Shown here: positions 1 through 12,355 of the stretch, one piece after another
Position numbering within the stretch: position 1 is the stretch's first letter
How the letters are laid out: every line of letters begins with the position of its first letter
Origin: Mustelus asterias
Taxonomy: Eukaryota
DNA length: 64,000 bases
Direction of reading: 5' to 3'
NCBI RefSeq assembly: GCF_964213995.1
Contig: NC_135813.1
Span: 41,354,001-41,418,000, forward strand
Notes under the pieces: model-generated
The model's database searches: none
Seen by the model: only the letters and a program-made list of their open reading frames with translations
Told to the model about the DNA's origin: nothing
Made by a program: the position numbers and the translations under genes

Positions 1-916
1 GGATGGGGAATTGCAGTTACGAATATGTTATTAAACTCACATCTTAGCACACTGTGGCACATTGCATCATCAGTACCAGTACTCTGTGCCATCAGAGAGG
101 GCGTGCAGGTTAAGGGTTTTCAAACACTTTAAATTACATTGGCTTTTGAAAGTTATTGCTCTCTTGTGATAATACATTAGGTGGCACTGAGACAATGGTG
201 GTTAGAGTGGGAGGAAAGCCAATGGGAGGGTCTGTCCTATAACTGGGACAGAGTTATTTGGAAGTTCCTCAGGTAGCTGTACAGTCACTGAGTGAATCGA
301 GGATTGCAGGCTGGATTCGAGCACCTAGGGAAGGGCAATTGCTTGACTGCAACCTGAAGACTGCGGAGGAGAGGGGAGCGCAATGTTATTTTACCTGGAG
401 TTACCCTGGAGACTTTACTGTGGTGAAGCTGCCAAGTAACTAAACACTAATCAGCAGATAATGTGTCACAAGACAAATATATGATCAAAAACAAATTCAT
501 ATAACAGGAATCAAATCAATACCAACATCTCTAAATCTGCTTTTTATATTGTCGCTATTTTCAAATCTCTTGGTGCTCATCATTCTTCACTATACATCTA
601 TATGTTTGCTAACTTAACATGAATGATTTATTTGCCCTCGCTTTAAGATTTTAACATTTTCCTGATGTTTCTTATACAGATGAATCAAATATAAAGATAA
701 TGTTATCAAACTAAATGTGGTGTTGTTGGGTCACCAGTGGATCAACACGAGTGAAGCAACCAGGGTCAGAAGTGGCAGTGTGACACTTCAGGAACAGATA
801 TTTTTTAAAAATTCATTCACGGGACATGGGCGTCACTGGCTGGCCCATCCCTAGTTGGCCGAGGGTAGTTGAGAGTTGTGTTTTCTTCTTTCTGATTAGT
901 TAGGCTCCATTTCTTG

Positions 917-1245
917 GCCACACGGTGGCACAGCGGTTAGCACTGCTGCCTCACAGCATCAGGGACCCGGGTTCAATTCCCGGCTTGGGTGACTGTGTGT
1001 GTGGAGTTTGCACATTCTCCCTGTGTCTGTGTGGGGTTGCTCCGGGTGCTTCAGTTTCCTCCCACATTCCAATGGTATGCAGGTTAGGCGGATTGGCCAT
1101 GCTCAACTGCTGCTTAGTGTCAGGATGATTAGCAGGGTAAATACGTGGGGTTACAGAGATAGGGCCTGGGTGGGATTGTGGTCAGTGCAGACTCGATGGG
1201 CCGAATAGGCTCCTTCTGCACTGTATGAATTCTATGTTGATTCTG
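917..1245 (+). mobile_element. HE1-type V-SINE, CR1-like tail (type A)
   Basis: tRNA-like head (tggcacagcggttagc...ggttcaattcc), central V-domain (gtgtggagtttgcacattctccc...), tail gggccgaataggctccttctgcactgta...tctatg. Confidence 0.88.
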
Positions 1246-1680
1246 TGATCTCCTCTAGATCTTTCCGCAGTGACACATGTGTTACTCCATGGTGGAAGGG
1301 CACTGCAGTCTTCTCCAGCTTCCACGCAGAGACACTTTGCGGAGATGACACTGTATGTGATCAGGAACTTTGGCCAACCAGAGCTCATCATTTGCTGCAC
1401 TGGCTGAGGTTGACTAACTCTGTACAGAATGGGAACCAACCCCAGCACCTTCTGCCCTGCACCGATTAGAGCTTTCCCACTGGAAAAATCAAGAGCCCAT
1501 TTGAAATCCAAGCCAGGGTTGTTGACCAAGAACATGGGGCTGGAATAAATCTGGCAGTAAAATTATTACAGGATTTATGACATTATGGACATCATTTTTG
1601 AATAAGGATTGCATTCAGATAAACGGTTCTTTTTTACTTTAGCTTCTGGATTTAATTTATGTCTGTGTCACTTGACTTAC

Positions 1681-1796
1681 CCATATAGCAGGAAGAGGGA
1701 GAGGACTGCTGGGAAGTTGGTGGGTGATGTGTAGGCTGGCAGATCAAACACGAAGAGTATGATGATACAGCATGTCGCTGGCACCAAATAATTCAG
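1681..1796 (-). CDS. ABCA2: ABCA2 exon (116 nt): [38 protein letters not shown](G)
   Basis: ORF 1677..1874; acceptor ttccAG at 1798-1797, donor GTAAGT at 1680; phase 0/2. Confidence 0.97.
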
Positions 1797-2067
1797 CTGG
1801 AAATACAGAAACAGAGGGCGGGGAAACAAAAGATGAATGAGCAAACACAAACCAAACATCAATAGCCTGTTCATCCTGTCTGCTAAGAGAAAATACTACA
1901 CAAGGTTAGGACCCATAGTTCAGGCTATTTGTGTCAAAAAGAAAATGGGGTGTAAAATTTTGCACAACTGGTATTTATTTTTTGGAAGTTATTTCAACTT
2001 GATTATGGTGCCGTGTTGATAAAAGTACAAGTGATGGTAAGTCAACCATTGTGGATCAGATCCATTC

Positions 2068-2392
2068 GCCGCATGGTGGCACAGTGGTTAGCACTGCTGT
2101 TTCACAGTGCCAGGAACCCAGGTTCAAATCCTGGCTTGGGTCACTGTCTGTGTAGAGTTTGCACATTCTCCCCATGTCTGCATGGGTTTCCTCTGGGTGC
2201 TCCGGTTTCCTCCCACAGTCCAAAGATGTGTCGGTTAGGTGGATTGGCCATGCTAAATTCCCCTTGGTGTCAGGGGACTAGCTAGGGTAAATTTATGGGG
2301 TTACGGGGATAGGGGCTGGGTGGAATTGTGGTCGGTGCAGACTCAATAGGCTGAATGGCCTCCTTCTGCACAGTAGGGATTCTATGATTCTA
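2068..2392 (+). mobile_element. HE1-type V-SINE (type A)
   Basis: Same head, V-domain and tail as other copies; ends gggattctatgattcta. Confidence 0.88.
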
Positions 2393-2739
2393 CAAACCAC
2401 ATTTTCTCTTCCTCCAAGGTATTTTGATAGTTAGGCAGCAAACACCGAAAACCACTGGCCTAATTTGCGGCTGGGATTCTCCAGTGCCGCTGAAATGGAA
2501 TGGAGTTTTGACTGGAATGCCAAATTCTCCATTCTCGCTTGGGGCGATCAGGCAATCCCACTCAAAGTATATGCTACACAGGAAGGGTTTAGAAATGCAG
2601 CCTTATTACATTGTTCCCAATCACTTATCCCATTGATGAAGCTTAAATTGGTCCAAGTACATCAATATGAGGCAGAAAACCATTTGTTTATTTAAAGAAC
2701 CATGGTATTAGAAAAAGATTTATCGATTCTTGGTATACT

Positions 2740-3220
2740 GCCTTTATATAATAGCCAAAAGCTTCTGGGCACATAGAAAAGTATACCAAACTTGGAAAAA
2801 GCAATTAGGAGGGCTAACAAAAAGTTTGGTCAATGAGTTGGGTTTTGAAGATTTGTTTAGAGAGGGGTGGAGAGACCGAGTGAGGTGATTGCGGATAGTC
2901 AGACCTCTACAGCTGGAGGCCTTCCTACCAATGGTAGAGTTAAGAGGGAACGTGAAGACAAGGACGCAGTTAGAAATGGAAGTTTTAAAATGGAATAGAG
3001 AAAGGAGACTGGATGCAAGGATGTGGTACTTGAAGCATTAGAGAACAGAGAACCACTTTATGTCAACAGTATAGCATTGATGGGCAAACAGGACTTAACA
3101 TGGACCTGAAACATGCCAGAGTTTTGGACAAGCTAGAGGTTTCAAGACCAAAGGCAGTACTGCAGTTGTTGAGTCTGGAGATGGTGAAAGCTTATTTAAG
3201 GGGTAATAATGCAATTCATT
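2740..3220 (-). mobile_element. Old L2-like LINE 3' fragment
   Basis: Degenerate purine-rich sequence resembling 37800-38760 and, reverse-complemented, 63590-63880. Confidence 0.45.
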
Positions 3221-3297
3221 TCACTGAATGGCCGATTAATCCTTCAAAATAATAAGGGAATACTGGGATCTCAGGCAATCTGAATACCACAGAGGAA

Positions 3298-3600
3298 ACA
3301 GTGGCACAGTGGTTAGCGCAGTGCTGCCTCACAGCACCAGGGACCCGGGTTCCTGGCTTGGGTCACTGTCTGTGGGAAGTTTGCACATTCTCCCCGTGTC
3401 TGGGAGGGTTTCCTCCGGGTGCTCTGGTTTCCTCCCACAGTCTAAAGATGTGCAGGTTGGGTGGATTGGCCATGCTAAATTGCCCCTTAGTGTCAGGGGG
3501 ACTAGCTAGAGTAAATGCTTGGGGATAGGGCCTGGGTGGGATTGTGGTCGGTGCAGACTCAATGGGCCAAATGGCCTCCTCCTGCATTGTAGGATTCTAT
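3298..3600 (+). mobile_element. HE1-type V-SINE (type A)
   Basis: Head, V-domain and CR1-type tail. Confidence 0.88.
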
Positions 3601-4107
3601 GAAACAGTGAGGGGAAGACTTGTAACCGGTGATTTCACTGCACACTTCATTGGAACAACAACACATTGCTCCATTGACCTTCCAATGATAATGGATTCAG
3701 ATAGGTTGCAGCATTCCATTCATGACTATAATGCACAAGGACAATGGAGTTCATTTAAAAACAAAATTAAAGTGATTCTTTATTGTCCTGCTGAGTTGGA
3801 GCATTGAAGAAAATCTATGCAACAGCTGCACATGTGCCACACAGTAAGGAGTTAGCAACAAGACACATCCGTATAATTACAGAAGAATAAAAAAAACAGA
3901 ATCTCTGCTCCAATAGAAATGATAAATTTGGTAAAGCCAATGAAGAATGGAATTCCAATCCTAGAATCAGTGGTGCAGCTCTGGAGCAACCAGGACACTG
4001 TGAAATATTCACCGTCATTGATGCTTTTTATAGCAAAAAGTGGTGTCTTAAGATCAATGTCAAAATTACTGAAATCCCCCCTCTTGAAGAGCAACACTGA
4101 TTCTCAC

Positions 4108-4282
4108 CATGTCCCAGACGTAGTTGGCCAGCCAGTAGATCACAGGGTCACATCCACTAACAAACTGCAGGTGTTTGGCCTTGGTCGATTTCTCCGCCAC
4201 CAGGAACACCACAAAGCTGGCTGGCACGAAGGACATGGCCACAATGATGAAGATGGCAATGACCACGTCTGTGCCCTGCAGA
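4108..4282 (-). CDS. ABCA2: ABCA2 exon (175 nt): [58 protein letters not shown]
   Basis: ORF 4066..4329; acceptor ctcAG at 4284-4283, donor GTGAGA at 4107; phase 2/0. Confidence 0.97.
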
Positions 4283-4620
4283 CTGAGCACAATTAGGAAG
4301 AGAAAAGAATTGAGAATGTCTGAAATCAAACCACCGGCAAGAGATTACACCACAGGTTAATAACGATTAACAATGCATCTTCGAGCTAGCCTGATGGGAA
4401 AAGCAAGTCCAGCCGAGAGCACTTTCCTATTTTGCGGTTTTAATAAGTAGGAAGACTGGTCCATTCCAGAGAGGGTCTCCTTGTGTGAAGTCAAAGCATC
4501 ATGAGCTTAAGCTACTCAGGAGGAAAATGGACAGTACTTTGCCTTCATTGTAACTAAGATAATTCTTCCATTCTCCCTGCCTCTCATTGGGGGCTGAGGC
4601 TGATGTACATTGTCTTCCGT

Positions 4621-4945
4621 GGCAGCACGGTGGCGCAGTGGTTAGCACTGCTGCCTCACAGCGTCAGGGACCCGGGTTCAATTCCCGGCTTGGGTGACTG
4701 TGTGTGTGGAGTTTGCACATTCTCCCCGTGTCTGCGTGGGTTTTCTCCGAGTGCTCCTGTTTCCTCCCACAGTCCAAAGATGTGCGGGTTAGGTTGATTG
4801 GCCATGCTAAATTGACCCTTAGTGTCAGGGGGATCAGCAGGGCAAATATGTGGGGTACGGGAATAGAGTCTGGGTGGGATTGTTGGCAGTGCAGACTCGA
4901 TGAGCCCAACGGCCTCCTTCTGCACTGTAGGGATTCTATGATTCA
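4621..4945 (+). mobile_element. HE1-type V-SINE (type A), full length
   Basis: ggcagcacggtggcgcagtggttagc...gggattctatgattc. Confidence 0.9.
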
Positions 4946-5351
4946 AATGAATTTGAAAAGTGGATGGGAGATTAGCTTTTAAACATAAGTCTCCTTTTCA
5001 CTCGCACAATGCACTGCTCATCAAAACATGCCAAGGTTTGAAAGCCAGGCACAAATGCATATTAAATATTTTTATCTTTTTCCTATATTCAACAGTACAA
5101 ATATTCACACGCTCCGGGTTACCCACTGTTCTAACTTCGAAAAGGTAAACAACTACGGGAATGAAGACAGTACCATCAATACATAATTTCTTTCCTCTTA
5201 AATGTGGAGCATGAGTAATTATGTCGGAAGAAATGAACACATGTAGAAAATATGTTGAAGGTAGGATGCTCAAGGCAAATGGCGGTGTGCCCCACATATG
5301 GACTGAAATTTGATAATCGCACAAACATCTTGGGAAGCCCCCGTGGACAAG

Positions 5352-5648
5352 TGGCACGGTGGCACAGTGGTTGGCACTGCTGCCTCACAGCGCCAGGGAC
5401 CCGGGTTCGATTCCCGGCTTGGGTCATTGTCTGTGCGGAGTCTGCACATTCTTGCCGTGGGTTTCCTCCGGGTGCTCCGGTTTCCTCCCACAGTTGGAAA
5501 GACGTGCTGGTTAGGTGCATTGGCCGTGCTAAATTCTCCCTCAGTGTGGCCGAACAGGTGCCGGAGTGTGGCGACTAGGGGATTTCACAGTAACTTCATT
5601 GCAGTGTTAATGTAAGCCTACTTGCGACACTAATAAAATAAACTTTTA
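5352..5648 (+). mobile_element. V-SINE with alternative tail (type B)
   Basis: HE1 head and V-domain, then ...ggagtgtggcgactaggggatttcacagtaacttcattgcagtgttaatgtaagcctacttgcgacactaataaaataaacttt. Confidence 0.88.
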
Positions 5649-6375
5649 AAAGTGCATGCGTCAGAGCTTGGTAAACTTGCAGCATTCACCTGTGAGACAT
5701 GCAATGACACGCTCTGTGTTGTTATAGTGTCTCCCACTGAAATAGTTTAATTTCATCTGCTCCCTCTTGTGGCCAACTATCAACAAGCGCTGCATGGAAG
5801 ACGATTGCAAGAAAACCTGCGGCCCGCAATTCTGTAGCACAGTACATTGGTGTTTTATCATACCGTACCCTAGCCCCTCCAGCCACAATGTATTCAGGGG
5901 TTGGGTTGCAAAGTTCATTCTTAAATTGGCCAAGTGACAAGGGAGATTTTTTATTGAAATGGGTGAGTTGTCAAATAAGTGTACATTCCTCCTCCTCCTT
6001 CTGGTACCATGGTCTTCAGAGGGTGCTGATGACCATTGACTTCCACTGGGTTGGTCCATGATTGTGTTTGGTAAAGTACTGCAGTGGTGTGCAGTACTGC
6101 AGTACACCCGTACGACTGACCAGAGTATTTTCCCACTCTTACCGCCTGCCGTCAGGAAGGATTTACAGGCTGATAACCAATCTGTTTGGTCACATTATGA
6201 AGGCACTTTCCATGGCCATCAAGTCCTGAAGATGGATTGGAAATTGGTGCTTCCGGCTCAGAAGTGGGGATGTTACCAGTCAATGTATATTACAGAAAAC
6301 AATATGAAGGAATACTGATGGTGAACACAGAACGCAGAATTAAATATTAAATGCAACATTAACTCCTATTCTTAC

Positions 6376-6436
6376 AGGTAATCGAGGGACAAGCTGGCAC
6401 TGGTCTTGTTCATCGGATGGTTTGTCACTGTGATTC
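6376..6436 (-). CDS. ABCA2: ABCA2 exon (61 nt): (G)ITVTNHPMNKTSASLSLDY(L)
   Basis: Translated by hand; acceptor ttgtAG at 6438-6437, donor GTAAGA at 6375; phase 1/2. Confidence 0.95.
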
Positions 6437-6659
6437 CTACAAGACAAAAGTAATACAATGATTAGTATCACCACTGCAAAACCTTTTGAAACTTCTGTTA
6501 TGTCGCTAAATATGCGGCAACTCAACACTGCAGCTACAAATTAGTGATATTTTCAATTCAGCAGCAGTGATTCGAGGCATTTCTGTTATGAGCAAAACAA
6601 AGATTTTGCATTTATGTAGCATCATCTGTGGTCTATGATCCAGACTCCAGCTATGATTA

Positions 6660-7135
6660 GTAGTGGTCAGCATTGCTGCCTCGCAGCGCCAGGGACCTAG
6701 GTTCGATTCCGGCCTCAGGTGTGTGGAGTTTGCACGTTCTCCCTGTGTCGGCATGGGTTTCCTCCAGGTGCTCCGATTTCCTCCCACGGTCCAAAGATGT
6801 GTGAGTTACGTTGATTGGCCATGCTAAATTGACCCTTGTGTCAGGGGATTTGCAGGATAAACGTGTGGGGTTACAGAAATAGGGCCTGGGTGGGATTGTG
6901 GTCGGGGCAGACTTGATGGGCCGAATGGCCTCCTTCTGCACTGTAGGGATTCTATGATTTGCAAGGATGTCATAGAATCCTTACAGTGCAGAAGGAGGCC
7001 ATTCGGCACATCGAGTCTGCACTCTCTTTTACCCAAGCTTACCCAGTAACCCCACATATTTACCCTGCTAACCTCCCTAACCTATATATCTTAGGCACCG
7101 AGGGAAATTTAGCTTGGCCAATCAACCTAACCGGC
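6660..7135. mobile_element. Two HE1 type A copies tail-to-tail (6660-6960 +, 6971-7135 -)
   Basis: ggattctatgatt followed about 10 bp later by catagaatccttacagtgcagaaggaggcc. Confidence 0.85.
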
Positions 7136-7296
7136 AATTTTTGTCCAATTGCTTTCTAACCAATGGAGCACTTTCAAAATGCAGTTACTATCATAACGTG
7201 GGAAATGTGGCAGCCAAAGTTGGCACAGCAAGCTCCCATAAAAAGTAATGCAATGATGAGCAAATAATCTGTTTTTAATGAATTTGATCAAGATAG

Positions 7297-7737
7297 TGTT
7301 GTGGGAAAACCGCCAGATCTAAAGATTCAACACGCAGTTTATCAGACAAAGCTTTGGGAGAAGCGCTGGGCTCTCCGCAGTGCACGCAGTCACCTTCTCA
7401 ACTTTAAAATGGCAGTTGAGCATCTTTTATACGTTTTCAAATAATGGACAAGTACGGACATTGGCAGTTAGCACATCGTTATACATAGAGTAGATACATT
7501 TATGCCCCCCTTCAACGACTGATCTCGTTACAAAAACTCATTGTTTTGGTTCTGCTTTATCTCAAGCTAAGGTGCCTCAAGGTCTGATTTATTTCCTGCA
7601 GTAATTTAGACACTATCAGGATTTAATTCGTTGTGCAAAGTCTGTGCCCAAGTCAGCACATCTTAATGTCTTTTCCCAGAGTCCATTTTGTGCCAGGTAA
7701 CCATCTTGTATCCTTTAATTTTGAGTTTACTCCAACA
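7297..7737. mobile_element. Solo LTR (441 bp)
   Basis: TGTTG...CAACA termini flanked by a 4-bp direct repeat ATAG (7293-7296 and 7738-7741). Confidence 0.7.
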
Positions 7738-7839
7738 ATAGTAGCACAGATAGATGTTGCAAACAGCAGAGAACATCACTGAATCCAAGATCCATAACAC
7801 TACAACCTGTGCATTCGGTGAAATTATTCCCTACGCTTT

Positions 7840-8055
7840 ATGAGAAAGAAATTGTATTCACAAAATGCCTTTCATAACCTTAGGCTATCCTCAGTGCTTC
7901 AGCCAATGCAATCTAATCAAAGTGTAATCACTGCTGTAATAAAGGGAAACACAGCAGCCACTTTGCACACAGCAGGATCTACAAATAGTAGTGTGATAAA
8001 TGACCAGATGACCTGCTTTAGTAATGTTAGTTGAGGAATAAATACTGCCCAGGAA
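7840..8055 (-). mobile_element. DeuSINE/SacSINE1-like relic (related pieces at ~7150-7290, 30680-31080, 40070-40220, 56640-56890)
   Basis: Shared motifs gcagccactttgcacacagcaggatc and, in other copies, gcagcact.cctc.gt.ctgcact...ttgaacccacaa; family name from recall. Confidence 0.55.
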
Positions 8056-8229
8056 TAATTGATTGGATTATCTCTGAAGTAGCGTCATACAGACTCAAAA
8101 ACATTAATTCTGTTTCTATTTCCACAGACGCCGCCAGACCTGCTGAGCTTTTCCAGCATTTCTCTGTTTTTATAATCGATCGCATACACACGCACGCATA
8201 CTGCCCATCATATCTGTGCCAGTTAAAGT

Positions 8230-8790
8230 CATGGAGAAATACAGCATGGAAACAGGCCCTTCGGCCCAACTCGTCCATGCCGACCAGGTTTCCTAAACTG
8301 AACTAGCCCCATTTGCCTGCGTTTTGCCCATATCCCTCACAACTTTTCCTATCCATGTACCTGTCCAAATGTCTATTAAATGTTGTAATTGTACCCGGCT
8401 CTACCACCTCCTCTGGCAGCTCATTCCATATACATACCACCCTATGTGTGAAAAAGCTGCCCCTCGGGTCCCTTTCAAAGCTTTCTTCTTAAATAAGGGC
8501 ACAACATTTACCTCCCTCCAGTCTTCCGGCACCTCACCCATGGCTATCGATGATACAAATATCTTTGCTAGGGGCCCTGCAATTTCTTCCCTAGCTTTGT
8601 TTAGGATTTCACCTATCTCCTGTGGCTCCACACCTAGACAACCTCGTCGATCTTTAAGGGACCCTATTCTCTCCCTCGTTACTCTTTGCCCTTAGTATAC
8701 CTGTAGAATCTTTTTGGATTCTCCTTTACCTTATCCAAAGCTACCTCATGTCCTCTTATTGTTCTCTTGATTTCCCTTTTAAGTTTACTC
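8230..8790 (-). mobile_element. CR1 LINE, rearranged fragments
   Basis: Tail aacaggcccttcggccc; ORF 8401..8631 EEIAGPLAKIFVSSIAMGEVPEDWREVNVVPLFKK is typical of CR1 ORF2. Confidence 0.85.
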
Positions 8791-9077
8791 CTAAAAATAC
8801 GAAAGTATGGGTGTGAAGATATGGTAACAAGTGTGTGAATTTATTTCTCTGAAAGATCGATCCACTGAATTCCATTCTCGTGCCACTTCTCTATAAACTT
8901 TCAAAAATTCTCATTTCTACAAACGGTCATAGTTTCCTTCCAGAATGTCAGACCAAGCTACCTCAATCCATTTCATGCTGCCATGTTCAACATCACTATC
9001 TAAGTATTGTCAATACTAGGGCTTCATCTCAACTGAGAACCACAGACCATCCCCCAGTGCTTACAAAACACAGACTG

Positions 9078-9422
9078 GCTGGCACAGTGGTTAGCACTGT
9101 TGCCTCACAGCGCCAGGGACCCAGGTTCAACTCCGGCCTGGGGCAACTGTCTGTGTGGAATGTGCACGTTCTCCCAGGGTTCCTTCCGGATGCTCCGTTT
9201 TCCTCCCACACTCCAAAGATGTGCAAGTTAGGTGAATTGGCCATGCTAAATTGCCCCTTAATGTTCAAAGATATGCAGGTAGGTTAGAATCAATACCTTA
9301 CAGGGATACAGCGGGAGTGTGGGCCCAGGTAGAGTGTTCTTCATGAGGGTTGTGCAGACCCAATGAGCCAAGTGGCCACCTTCTGCACTGTCGGGATTGT
9401 ACGGATTCTATAGATTTCTATG
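9078..9422 (+). mobile_element. HE1-type V-SINE (type A variant)
   Basis: Head, V-domain and a diverged tail. Confidence 0.8.
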
Positions 9423-9689
9423 GAACCATGCCACAGGGCTGCCAAGCTCAGCTCCATCACCCACAGTCACCTTACAGAGCTTATCAATGTTCAAAACCAA
9501 CCTCGGGCCAGCTCTATCAAAGCTCAAGACCAGCCCACCATCATGTCTCAGTGCTGATCAAGTTCAAGGTCACATCCTGGTTCATGGAATAATTGACAGC
9601 ATTTTAATAAAAATGATACTTGACTTATTCAATCATTGTTAATCAGTGCATCTATTCTCTGACTCAACCTCAGCAGTTCTTCAGGAATG

Positions 9690-10215
9690 AAGCCCAAAAC
9701 AAACTGAAGGAACAACCTTATTTTCCAATTAGGCATGTTACAGCATTCTGGACTCAACATTTAGACTGGGAACTTTCCCCCCCCCCATCTTGACGCCCTT
9801 GTTTTTGTTGTTTCCCTGGTTTGTCCCAATGTAAACACACACAGGCCCATCTGCCACTTCTTCTTTAGTTTTGCTTTCACTGAGCACTGACCTTTCTTCT
9901 CCTTTAACACATTCTGCTAGCTTATCTTTATACGACCATCGGAATTTCTTTAGTCCTAAATGTTATCATTAACACTCGCATTGTCTTGTGTCCATGACAT
10001 CTTTGTTTAATATCTCCTGAGCTCTGACCTATCCCAGATCTATCTGATCCATTCTGCTCCACTCCTCCCTCTCCCACTTTATAATCCATCAGATTCCTAC
10101 CCCTCTTCAGGCTGAAGAAGCATCAGACAGACACGAAAGGTTAACTTTGTTTCTCTCTCCACAAATGCTGCCAGACCTGCTGAACTTATATGGCATTTTC
10201 TACTTTTACTTCAGG
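9690..10215 (+). mobile_element. Penelope-like 3' relic with degenerate hammerhead-containing terminal repeat
   Basis: aaactgaaggaacaac..ttttccaattagg...ggactcaacatt resembles the KLEEQHLIFRLG..P.GLNI C-terminus; ctgaagaag...gaaaggttaact...tgctgccagacctgctga. Confidence 0.65.
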
Positions 10216-10239
10216 AGAACTATTAGATTATAAGTGGAA

Positions 10240-10590
10240 CATGATAGAAGCCCTATAGTGCAGAAGGAGGCCATTCAGCCCATTGAGTCAGCACCAACCT
10301 TCTGAAAGAACATCTTTCCCAGGCCCACCCACCTTTTCCTCCCAGTAACCCACGCATTTACCCCAAAAACCCCTAATCTACACATCTTGGGACACTAAGG
10401 TGCAATTTAGCAATCCCCCGAACCCACACATCTTTGGACTGTGGGAGGAAACTGGAGCACCCGGAGGAAACCCACGTAGACCCAGTGAGATGTGCAAACG
10501 CCACACAGACAGTGACCCAAGGCTGGAATTGAATTTGGGTCCCTGGCACTGTGAGGCAGCAGTGCTAACCACTGTGCCACCATGCTGCCC
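10240..10590 (-). mobile_element. HE1-type V-SINE (type A)
   Basis: Reverse complement of the consensus. Confidence 0.88.
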
Positions 10591-11853
10591 ATGCTTTTAT
10601 TTATAAATATATATTCCTTTATGTACATGGAAGTGTATATTTGCTGCTTGTTTTCACTTGTGAAATGCGAAACAAGAAATGGTCCATTGTTTTACTGCCT
10701 ATAGATGGCACTGTTCTACTAGTGTTCATGATGTGGAGATGCCGGCATTGGACTGGGGTGGGCACTGTGAGACTTCATGCTAGTTTCCAGCAGCTGAATG
10801 TAGCATCATTGAGAATGTGAATGCTTTGCTTTTCAGACAGCACAGAGTTCTGTAAATCCCTATAAATCACTTTGTATACAATAGAACTGTGTGATATATG
10901 TGAACATTTTGCCAATCTGTTTGGTCAAACTGCAGAGAAAATGCAGAGTGGAACATAGTGGATCATGTGGTGAAAACAGTCCATGACAATGATGACCATT
11001 AAATAAAGACTCAATCTCTTAGACTGTTGATCCACAGTCCCTACATTAGCAACAATCACTACCCCTCATAGAAGTACATCATTGCTTGGAATGCCTTTTG
11101 TTACAAATGGAAGTCTTTCTCTTATCTTTTTCATAACCACACAGATTAAGAAAGCTTCTTCTTACAGATTCATGACACAGAATCAGTTTCTCAATGGTTA
11201 CAATTAAAACCCTATATAGTTGCGATTGATGTTGCTGCTTGTTGGTGGATGGTTAATGAAGTTAGGGTCTATGTGGACAACCCTGCTAAGACAGGTTTCC
11301 GATTTCCTCTGGTATAGTACATTCTAGTTAACCATTACTCTGCATTCAACTGCCTCTTAACTGTTGTCAGCCAGGCTGCCTGAATAAATCTTTAAGTGGT
11401 GCACGGTTAGTTGCACCAGCTGGGCAGAGTTCCCACTCAGTGAACGCTGGTAAATCAAAGGAGTCAAAGTTACTGGAAGTCTGAGGCTGACAAACCTGAA
11501 CTATGAGAAATCCAACAACAACAAAAAATCTGAATTTAAGAAAAACTGCATAAACGTGGCTCTTCCCTTGTCAACTTTTCAATCTAATGATTTGATTCAT
11601 TATTGTCACATGTATTGGGACACAGTGAAAAGTATTGTTTCTTGCACTCAAAACATACCGTTCATAGAATACATAGGGAGAAGGAAAGGAGAGGGTGCAG
11701 AATATAAAAGAGCATTTTTAGAAAGTTTAGAAGAGTTCAGTTCAGTTTTAATAGCACAGAATGGGAGCAAAAGATGAAATTAAAGCTATGTTGGTGGACA
11801 GCTTGCAAGCAGTCGCCTTGCTCCGGCACCATCTTTTTTTTAAACAATACATT

Positions 11854-12112
11854 TGTTATAGCATTGCTTGTAGTATAAAGGTCTGGCACATATAGGGTTA
11901 ATGTGGGACAGAGTTAATGCTCACACTTGACCCTGACCTAGATTCAGTGTGGTGTTCAGCAGAGACATGTTAAACGCTAGACATGTAGATAGCTCCTTGC
12001 CTGTAGACTCTACTGTATTTTTGTATATAGTTGCAAGTAGTTAATAAAAGTTGCTGATAACATACAGAAGACCACAAAGACTTCTTTTAAGAGGCACCAT
12101 CTGAACACTACA
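11854..12112 (+). mobile_element. Putative solo LTR (~260 bp)
   Basis: TGT...ACA ends and internal AATAAA; flanks acatt/ccatc match only partly. Confidence 0.4.
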
Positions 12113-12355
12113 CCATCCCAACATCTGGATCTTTCCCCACATAAATGAGAACACGTAAGATTGCTACTGAGTGCCAGAATGCATTGCAGTGCAGCACAAG
12201 GAATCTGCCTCAATGTGGCAGCCTCCATAACCGAGCAACACCACACTGTGTGAACTGGGCACTGCAATCTCCCCTATCCATTTACCTAGCGTCCAGCAGG
12301 AAGACTGATGAAATCTCTGGTGAGGCAAGATTGCCATGAACAGGTGGACAGTAAG

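Noticed and set aside
925-1208. Recurrent ORFs such as MAQWLALLPHSARDPGS, MVSTAASQRQGP and MWSLHILPVS throughout the window
   Set aside because: Translations of the HE1/V-SINE consensus, not a protein family.
1182-1535. 117-aa minus-strand ORF downstream of the last exon
   Set aside because: Does not match the expected next ABCA2 exon (WSITPIMYPASF...), runs into a SINE, and has no recognisable motif.
3919-4296. 125-aa plus-strand His-rich ORF
   Set aside because: Antisense shadow of ABCA2 exon 4108-4282.
4625-4695. tRNA-like sequences with A and B boxes
   Set aside because: SINE heads that continue directly into the V-domain; not stand-alone tRNA genes.
11230-11523. TGTTG...CAACA stretch with AATAAA as another solo LTR
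   Set aside because: No matching target duplication, and the right end is a simple (CAA)n run.
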